64,000 nucleotides of DNA from assembly GCA_040400605.1 (NCBI GenBank), contig JBBAPZ010000004.1, positions 80,821 through 144,820 on the forward strand. Direction: 5' to 3'. The notes under the pieces are model-generated. The model was not told the DNA's origin. It saw nothing but the letters and a program-made list of their open reading frames with translations, and did not search any database. How positions within the stretch are numbered: the stretch's first letter is position 1; each line of letters starts with the position of its first letter. Below, one piece after another: positions 57,767-64,000 of this stretch. The position numbers and the translations under genes were made by a program. Source of the DNA: Candidatus Sericytochromatia bacterium (GTDB taxonomy: Bacteria; Cyanobacteriota; Sericytochromatia; S15B-MN24; JAQBPE01).

Positions 57767-57899
57767 TGGCCTACAGTTACCATCTTCGTCTACCTTGGGG
57801 CGTGTGATCAAATCATGGACCATCGTCTCGTGATTAGCGCTTGCTTCAGTGCGTTTTGCCTGGTTGTTGCGGCCGACTGGTACCGCAAGCGCGATTCTG

Positions 57900-59114
57900 T
57901 TAAACCGAAGGGCTCGCAAACGACGCCTGCGTCTCAAGAACCGCCCCAAGCCGACTGATTCCCTCTTCGATGCGCGCTTCTGTTGCATTTGAAAAGTTCA
58001 GGCGCATCGTGTTGGCTCCTTGGTGATGCGCAAAAAATGCTTGGCCGGGAATAAATGCGACTTTTTCTTTTAGAGCGGCTTCCAGGATCGGTGCGGCGGA
58101 CATGGTGTCTGGCAAGCGCGCCCAGATAAAAAGTCCTCCATCAGGTTCAGTGGTTGTGACGGATTCGGGAAAACAGGCATCGATCGCACGCTTCATCACC
58201 TCATACCGCCGTTTATAGGTCGCACGCAAACGGGATAGGTGGCTGTCATAATCAGCGACGGTCAAGTAGTGATGAACCATGACCTGATTGAACGCGCTGG
58301 TATGGAGATCCGCTGATTGTTTAAGCGGCATGACCCGCCTCAGAACCTCCGGGTGCAACACGGCATAGGCCACCCGCAAACCTGGTGCGATCGTTTTCGA
58401 AAAAGTTCTCAGCAACATCACCAAACCGTCTTGATCCAGGGACTTCATCGGTTTTGGGCGTTGTGTGCCAAAATACAACTCACCGTAAGGATCATCTTCA
58501 AGAATGGGAACCCCGTAATCGCGCGCGAGATTATACACTTGCTGCGTGCGCGCGGGTGACATGCTTTGACCAGTTGGATTTTGAAACACCGGATTGAGGT
58601 AAACTAACTTGGGCCGGCGTTGGGCCAGCGCAGCCTCAAGTGGCGCCGTCAAGATACCCTCATCGTCGCAGTCGATGGCGATATACGATGCCTCGACTGC
58701 GTTGAAGGCTTGCAATGCCCCCAAAAATGTGGGATTCGCGACCACAACGGGGTCACCAGGATCAACGAATACTTTGGCGAGCAAGTCGATACCCTGCTGG
58801 GAGCCAGTGGTGATCAGAATCTGATCAACTGGAACAGCAATCCCCTCACGCAGCAAGTCCTGTTGAATCCACTCACGCAACGGCATATAGCCTTCAGACT
58901 GACCATACTGCAAAGCCGCGTGCGCCAACGCATCGGTTGAAAACGCCGCGCACGCAGCCTTGAGCAAATCCGCGGCAGGGGTAAGCTCAGGCGCAGGCAT
59001 GCCACCCGCAAAAGAGATGATCTCTGGACGTGCTGCGACTTTTAACAATTCCCGAATCACCGACGGATTGACATTTGCCGTGCGGGTCGCGAAAGCGGGC
59101 GCAAAAACAGTCAT
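57900..59114 (-). CDS. PLP-dependent class I/II aminotransferase (LysN/aromatic aminotransferase-like)
   Basis: IISFAGGMP, LQYG..EG, TGSQQ, FQNPTG, EDDPYGEL, TFSKTIAPGLR, RLNFS. Confidence 0.92.
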   Translation of the reverse strand: MTVFAPAFATRTANVNPSVIRELLKVAARPEIISFAGGMPAPELTPAADLLKAACAAFSTDALAHAALQYGQSEGYMPLREWIQQDLLREGIAVPVDQILITTGSQQGIDLLAKVFVDPGDPVVVANPTFLGALQAFNAVEASYIAIDCDDEGILTAPLEAALAQRRPKLVYLNPVFQNPTGQSMSPARTQQVYNLARDYGVPILEDDPYGELYFGTQRPKPMKSLDQDGLVMLLRTFSKTIAPGLRVAYAVLHPEVLRRVMPLKQSADLHTSAFNQVMVHHYLTVADYDSHLSRLRATYKRRYEVMKRAIDACFPESVTTTEPDGGLFIWARLPDTMSAAPILEAALKEKVAFIPGQAFFAHHQGANTMRLNFSNATEARIEEGISRLGAVLETQASFASPSV

Positions 59115-59203
59115 CAGATAACTCCTCGTTGAGCATCATTCATTACAAGAACAGTGACACCATGACCCGGGGTAAGCGGTGTCACCAGCGGACCCGAAAG
59201 CGT

Positions 59204-60703
59204 TTAGACGCCGAAAGGATTCACCGTTTTCTCGCCGGTGTATACCAAGACGCTTTTCTCTTCCATGTACTGTTTCATCGTCTGCGCACCGAGCTCGCGC
59301 CCGAAACCGGACTGCTTCATGCCACCAAACGGGACGCCGACGAACGAACTGAACGGCGTGTTGATGGTGAGCCCGCCAGACTGTATCTTTGCTGCAACCC
59401 GGTGACCCCTGCCAGCGTCACGCGTCCAAATCGTGCCATACAAACCGTAAGGACTCCGATTTGCCATGTCAATGACTTCAGCCTCGGACTTGAAGCGCAT
59501 GATGACTGCAACTGGCCCGAAAATTTCTTCTTGTGCCACGCGCATGTCATTATTAACATCTACCAGTGCCGTCGGTAAGTAGAAATGCCCTTCAGAAAGA
59601 TCGTCCGGTCGCTTGCCACCAAACAATACCCGTGCCCCTTCCGCCACACCCAACTTGACGTAACCATCCACGCGTTGCCAATGTTCAGCCGTAATCAGCG
59701 CCCCAATCTGACTGCCTGGTTCACTTGGACCACCGACCACCAATTTCTGGGCACGCTCGGAAAATGCCGCAACGAAAGCGTCGTAGATCCCATCTTGAAC
59801 AAACAGCCGACTCCGCGCATTGCATGCCTGGCCAGCGTTATCATAAATGGCATAAATTGCGCCGGCTACGGCTTCATCCAGATTCGCATCATCAAAAACG
59901 ATGCCTGGACTCTTGCCTCCCAACTCCAACGTCACCCGCTTGATGCCATCCGCTGCATTGCGCATCACTGCCCGCCCGGTTTCCGTCCCACCGGTAAACG
60001 CAACTTTATTAACACCGGTATGACGGGTCAGCAAGTCGCCAACGCGTTCGCCAAAACCATTGACAACATTCAGAACACCAGCCGGAATGCCCGCCTCTGT
60101 TGCGAGTTCCGCTAGGGCAAGCGCAGTCAGTGGCGTCAATTCCGATGGCTTCAACACCACCGTATTGCCGGCAGCCAACGCAGGAGCTAGTTTCCAGGCA
60201 GCCATTACCAACGGGAAATTCCAGGGGATTATTGCTGCAACAACCCCCATCGGCTCCCATGTGGTGTAACACAGGTACTGATTCAGCGTTGGTACCGTAT
60301 CACCTGTCACTTTGCCACAGAACGCCGCATAGTAGTCAAAAACTTCCGCCGCGTGCATCACTTCACCTTGGGCGGCTCCCGCAGGCTTGCCGGTGTTGTC
60401 ACTTTCAAGCTTTGCCAACGTTGCTGCGTTGTTTCTGATCAAGTCTGCCAGTTTCGCTAGCGTCTTTGCGCGTTTTGGCGCGGAGACTTTTGCCCACGCG
60501 CCGAAAAAGGCGTTGCGCGCTGCACGAACGGCTTGGTCCACATCGTCGGATGATGCGTGCGCCACTGTTGCGATGGGTGTGCTGGTCGCAGGATTATAAA
60601 TGGTTAATGCTTCGTCTGTTGTGGCAGCCACGCGGGCGCCATCAATCCACAAAGGATAATGAACCAAACCCACGGGCGCGAGTGGCGCTTCTTGCTGACT
60701 CAT
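59204..60703 (-). CDS. NAD(P)-dependent aldehyde dehydrogenase
   Basis: PWNFP, LKPSE, FTGG..TG, LELGGKSP, AGQAC, EEIFGPV, PFGGMKQSG. Confidence 0.95.
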   Translation of the reverse strand: MSQQEAPLAPVGLVHYPLWIDGARVAATTDEALTIYNPATSTPIATVAHASSDDVDQAVRAARNAFFGAWAKVSAPKRAKTLAKLADLIRNNAATLAKLESDNTGKPAGAAQGEVMHAAEVFDYYAAFCGKVTGDTVPTLNQYLCYTTWEPMGVVAAIIPWNFPLVMAAWKLAPALAAGNTVVLKPSELTPLTALALAELATEAGIPAGVLNVVNGFGERVGDLLTRHTGVNKVAFTGGTETGRAVMRNAADGIKRVTLELGGKSPGIVFDDANLDEAVAGAIYAIYDNAGQACNARSRLFVQDGIYDAFVAAFSERAQKLVVGGPSEPGSQIGALITAEHWQRVDGYVKLGVAEGARVLFGGKRPDDLSEGHFYLPTALVDVNNDMRVAQEEIFGPVAVIMRFKSEAEVIDMANRSPYGLYGTIWTRDAGRGHRVAAKIQSGGLTINTPFSSFVGVPFGGMKQSGFGRELGAQTMKQYMEEKSVLVYTGEKTVNPFGV

Positions 60704-60983
60704 TGCAAAGACCTGCCTTTCGTTGAACTCCATTGTTCATGCGGCCTGAACTGGCGACAAGACGACCTCATCCCAGTGGCCTCGGGGCCACTACCGGTGC
60801 GGCACCCAACAAGCAAACCGCCACATTATGCAACGATGACATCACGACGTCAACGCGGAGCGGCAACAACGGGGAAGACGCACCAACAATGCCCAAAAGA
60901 GACGCGCTCCCATCCAGCGCTTGCCGCGAGGTGATCGCTGTACGGAGTGCACTGGGCATGGGTAGTGTCGGCGTCAGCAATGA

Positions 60984-62231
60984 TCAGATTTTGAAACTGG
61001 GCCACTGCTGCGTAGCTGTCGGTTCGGGAGGCAGTGTCGTCTCCGCGCGTTCTGGAGCGACCGCAACCTGTGCCATCCACATTAACGGCCAGCGCCATTC
61101 ATCCCAGTCACGGGACACCCGTTCAAAAGGTGGCGCGAAACCTGGGTCATTCAACTCCACCAGGTATGCCAGTGTCCCCAATGCCTCCATGGCCCAGGTG
61201 GTGCTGTCGCCATTGACCTGGTAAATGGTTCGCGCGATGGTTCCAGACTTGTATGCCAGACGTCTCCCGATCGCATGCCCCACCCGGCCCAATAACGCCT
61301 CTTTGGGCGAGAAAGACTTATCATAGCCAGGTGGCCAGAGAATCATTCCGGCGAAACTGTGCATATTGACTGCCAGCGTGAAACGCTGTTCGGTCATAAA
61401 CTGTTTCAGCAGCTGCGTTTCAGGCTCCGATTCGGGTGATGGGCCACGGTAGTCTTCATCCTCCGGTCGCGGATTGGCTTTGGCCCAATGGTTATCATAA
61501 TTGCGGTTGATGTCGACACCCATCGAGCCATCAAGGTTCGGTCTGGCATTTTTGCGCCACATACCATCACCCGCTTCAACACGAACACGACCATCCGGAT
61601 TCATCAAAGGAATCACCCAGATTTCACGTTCATCCACCAGTTGTGTGACGTTGACGTCTTGCCCATAGCGGGTGGCCAAATGCTCAATCATCCGCAATTG
61701 CAGTTCAACAGGCATCAGTTCGCGTGCGTGTTCACCCGCGTAAAACAAAACGCGCGGTTTCACACGATTAGGCGGGCCGATTCGAACGGCAACAACCTGC
61801 CGCCCTTCCAAAGACGTCCCAAGCACCCGCAGTCGTAGGAGAGAAGGATAATCTTGGCTCAGGCGTCGAAGGGTTTTACTGATATCCGTCACCCGATGAT
61901 AGCCGCTTGGAAAACCTTGCACTTTTGCCACTGCTTGCTCAAAACGCAAGGTGTAGCCTGCTTGGCGCAACTGAATCGCTTGGGTGGAACTGATCCGCGC
62001 ACCCACTGTTTTGGTTGCGTCATTTACATTTTCAAACAAATCAATGCCGTACCGGCCGAGACGCTCCAAACCCTCGCGGTTCCGGTATCCGATGCTGACG
62101 ACGCTCGCGTGGTCGGTCGCTGCCTGGCGCGCTGCAGTGCCTCCCGTTTTGATCTCCGCCGACGGCTTTAACCCGCAAGACCAAACACTCAAGCAACACA
62201 GCAGCGCAGTCATCCATTGCGTTTGACGCAT
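60984..62231 (-). CDS. M14 zinc carboxypeptidase (lipoprotein, carboxypeptidase T-like)
   Basis: HARE, NPDG, WRKN, GVDINRNY, SEPET, MHSF, VEL; lipobox-like VWSC; RBS AGGAG. Confidence 0.9.
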   Translation of the reverse strand: MRQTQWMTALLCCLSVWSCGLKPSAEIKTGGTAARQAATDHASVVSIGYRNREGLERLGRYGIDLFENVNDATKTVGARISSTQAIQLRQAGYTLRFEQAVAKVQGFPSGYHRVTDISKTLRRLSQDYPSLLRLRVLGTSLEGRQVVAVRIGPPNRVKPRVLFYAGEHARELMPVELQLRMIEHLATRYGQDVNVTQLVDEREIWVIPLMNPDGRVRVEAGDGMWRKNARPNLDGSMGVDINRNYDNHWAKANPRPEDEDYRGPSPESEPETQLLKQFMTEQRFTLAVNMHSFAGMILWPPGYDKSFSPKEALLGRVGHAIGRRLAYKSGTIARTIYQVNGDSTTWAMEALGTLAYLVELNDPGFAPPFERVSRDWDEWRWPLMWMAQVAVAPERAETTLPPEPTATQQWPSFKI

Positions 62232-62422
62232 GTCATCTCCCTTTGACCGCACTGGGTGCTTAAATTAAATTTTAACGACCCTTATCATAGGGGTTTGCTT
62301 CCCGGTATGCAATCGGTGATGTGTAAAATGGCGGCGTGCGTTGGAGCGATGCGGTGCTGCTGTGGTGGTTCGTTTGGATGAATGAATGCCGGTTGCGCGA
62401 TAAATCGGACGCTGCGTTGGTG

Positions 62423-63628
62423 TCAGGTATCGACCCTTTCAAAAACGGCGGCGATTCCCTGGCCGACGCCAATGCACATGGTTGCAAGGCCGTAGCGCGC
62501 TTTGCGGCGTTTCATTTCATGGACGAGGGTGACGGCGATACGAGCGCCGGAACTTCCAAGTGGGTGGCCAAGGGCGATGCCACCGCCATTCACATTGACC
62601 TTGTCGATGTCAAGTTGCAATGCTTGAATACAGGCGAGGGCTTGTGCCGCGAAAGCTTCGTTGAGTTCGATGAGATCGATATCGGCCAATGTGAGACCTG
62701 CGCGCGCGAGGGCTTTGCGGGTTGCTTCCACCGGTCCGATGCCCATCACGGCGGGATCGACGCCGACAACCGCGCTTCCGATGATGCGGGCAAGGGGTTG
62801 GAAGTGGTGGGCTCGGGCATGGGCTTCGCTCATCACAAGCAGTGCGGATGCGCCGTCGTTGATGCCGGATGAATTGCCGGCTGTTACCGAGCCGTTTGAC
62901 TTGAAGGCGGGCTTGAGGGCACTGAGCTTTTCAATTGTTGTGTCGGCACGCGGATGTTCATCACTGCTGACGATCTGTTGACCTGAGCGAGGGTTTGGAA
63001 TCGTGACAGGAACGATTTCGTCGTCAAAACGTCCTGACTGGATGGCTGCGATCGCCCTTGCCTGACTCCGTGCGGCGAAGGCGTCTTGTTGGGCACGATC
63101 GATGCCCCATCGCTCAGCCACGTTTTCGGCGGTATCACCCATGCTGTACGGGTGATACACGGTTGCAAGCGCCGGATTAATGAAACGCCAACCGAGGGTT
63201 GTATCCACCAGGCTCACGTTGCCGCGCGCGAAGGCGCTTTCCGATTTTGCCATCACAAACGGGGCACGGGTCATGGATTCAACCCCGCCTGCGATAAATA
63301 CCTCGCCGGCACCGGCTTGGATCGCATGAGCTGCGGTGATGATGGCCTGCAAACCCGAACCACACAAGCGATTGACCGTCTGACCTGCGACACTTGGCGG
63401 CAAACCCGCGAGCAAAGCTGCCATGCGTGCAACATTGCGGTTGTCTTCGCCTGCCTGGTTGCTGGCACCAAAGATAACATCTTCGATGGAATCGGAATTA
63501 ACACCGGTTCGTTCGACGAGGGCGCGGATTACCCAAGCCGCCATGTCATCCGGTCGAAGGTCTTTCAGCACCCCTCCATAGCGTCCGATGGGTGTTCTGA
63601 GCCCATCCACGATCACGGCGTGATCCAT
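62423..63628 (-). CDS. Acetyl-CoA C-acyltransferase (thiolase, PcaF/PaaJ-like)
   Basis: [43 protein letters not shown]. Confidence 0.93.
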   Translation of the reverse strand: MDHAVIVDGLRTPIGRYGGVLKDLRPDDMAAWVIRALVERTGVNSDSIEDVIFGASNQAGEDNRNVARMAALLAGLPPSVAGQTVNRLCGSGLQAIITAAHAIQAGAGEVFIAGGVESMTRAPFVMAKSESAFARGNVSLVDTTLGWRFINPALATVYHPYSMGDTAENVAERWGIDRAQQDAFAARSQARAIAAIQSGRFDDEIVPVTIPNPRSGQQIVSSDEHPRADTTIEKLSALKPAFKSNGSVTAGNSSGINDGASALLVMSEAHARAHHFQPLARIIGSAVVGVDPAVMGIGPVEATRKALARAGLTLADIDLIELNEAFAAQALACIQALQLDIDKVNVNGGGIALGHPLGSSGARIAVTLVHEMKRRKARYGLATMCIGVGQGIAAVFERVDT

Positions 63629-63803
63629 CTTTCAATCCTTTCCTGAGTGCACGACAAGGGGTTCCTCGGCAACGCCAACAGGCGGAAGGCCCCCGTTTCA
63701 GTGTACCGAAAATTCATGGACCGTGACGGGAAATGGTCTTTTCGCGTCACCGTGCTTCTTGCTACGATGGGGACGCACCGTGCAATCAGTGATTGGAAGG
63801 CTT

Positions 63804-64000
63804 ATGTCCCGTTACGAACCCGCACTCATCGAACCCAAGTGGCAAGGTCATTGGGAGCTTTGCAACCAGTTTCGCACATTGAATGATCCGAGCAAGCCAA
63901 AGTATTACGTGCTTGACATGTTTCCGTATCCCTCCGGAGAGGGTTTGCACGTCGGGCACCCTGAAGGCTATACCGCGACGGATATCATGGCCCGGTACAA
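63804..64000 (+). CDS. leuS: Leucine--tRNA ligase, 5' part (runs off the window)
   Basis: Own translation: [14 protein letters not shown]...[28 protein letters not shown] (HIGH-like HVGH). Confidence 0.95.
   Translation, partial: MSRYEPALIEPKWQGHWELCNQFRTLNDPSKPKYYVLDMFPYPSGEGLHVGHPEGYTATDIMARY

Noticed and set aside
60768..60980. 70-aa ORF between the carboxypeptidase and ALDH genes
   Set aside because: TTG start, no RBS or motif; cannot be supported
63629..63803. T-box leader before leuS
   Set aside because: No T-box motif; only a modest hairpin and an extended -10-like TGCTACGAT
1..64000. CRISPR array, tRNA, rRNA, tmRNA, RNase P RNA, IS or prophage
   Set aside because: No regularly spaced direct repeats, T-loop/cloverleaf, known RNA signatures, transposase, integrase or phage genes found by eye

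Overview
A bacterial core-chromosome window (about 55-57% GC by eye) with roughly 53 protein-coding genes. I found no rRNA, tRNA, CRISPR array, transposase or prophage. Housekeeping blocks are proS, hydA-radA, rsmG, a Terrabacteria-type rpsO-pnp-dut-dapB-asd-dapA-rnj run, heme genes (hemE-hemN-hemJ, hemD), ahpC-ahpD, a DEAD-box helicase, clpP, an Rrf2/iscA pair divergent from sufBCDSU-nfu, an aminotransferase/aldehyde dehydrogenase/M14 peptidase/thiolase cluster and the 5' end of leuS. These are interspersed with five lipoproteins and several hypothetical genes. Cyanobacteria-like SufB, ProRS, HemJ and ABC1 kinase, together with SufU, AhpD and no photosynthesis genes in the window, suggest a non-photosynthetic Cyanobacteriota relative (Sericytochromatia-like). 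That placement is inference only. Most notable signals: (1) at least 22 copies of the HIP1 octamer GCGATCGC in all three reading frames; (2) a PPDK-like protein with an eroded ATP-grasp domain but intact PEP/His domains; (3) a PilT ATPase with an unusual Cys/His N-terminal domain and altered Asp box; (4) a kinase-STAND-TPR protein preceded by a near-perfect 43-bp palindrome; (5) tandem IscR-type boxes at suf and a PerR-type box at ahpC; (6) a recurring SigB-like GTT(A/G)-N15-18-GGGTAT motif upstream of several poorly characterised genes.
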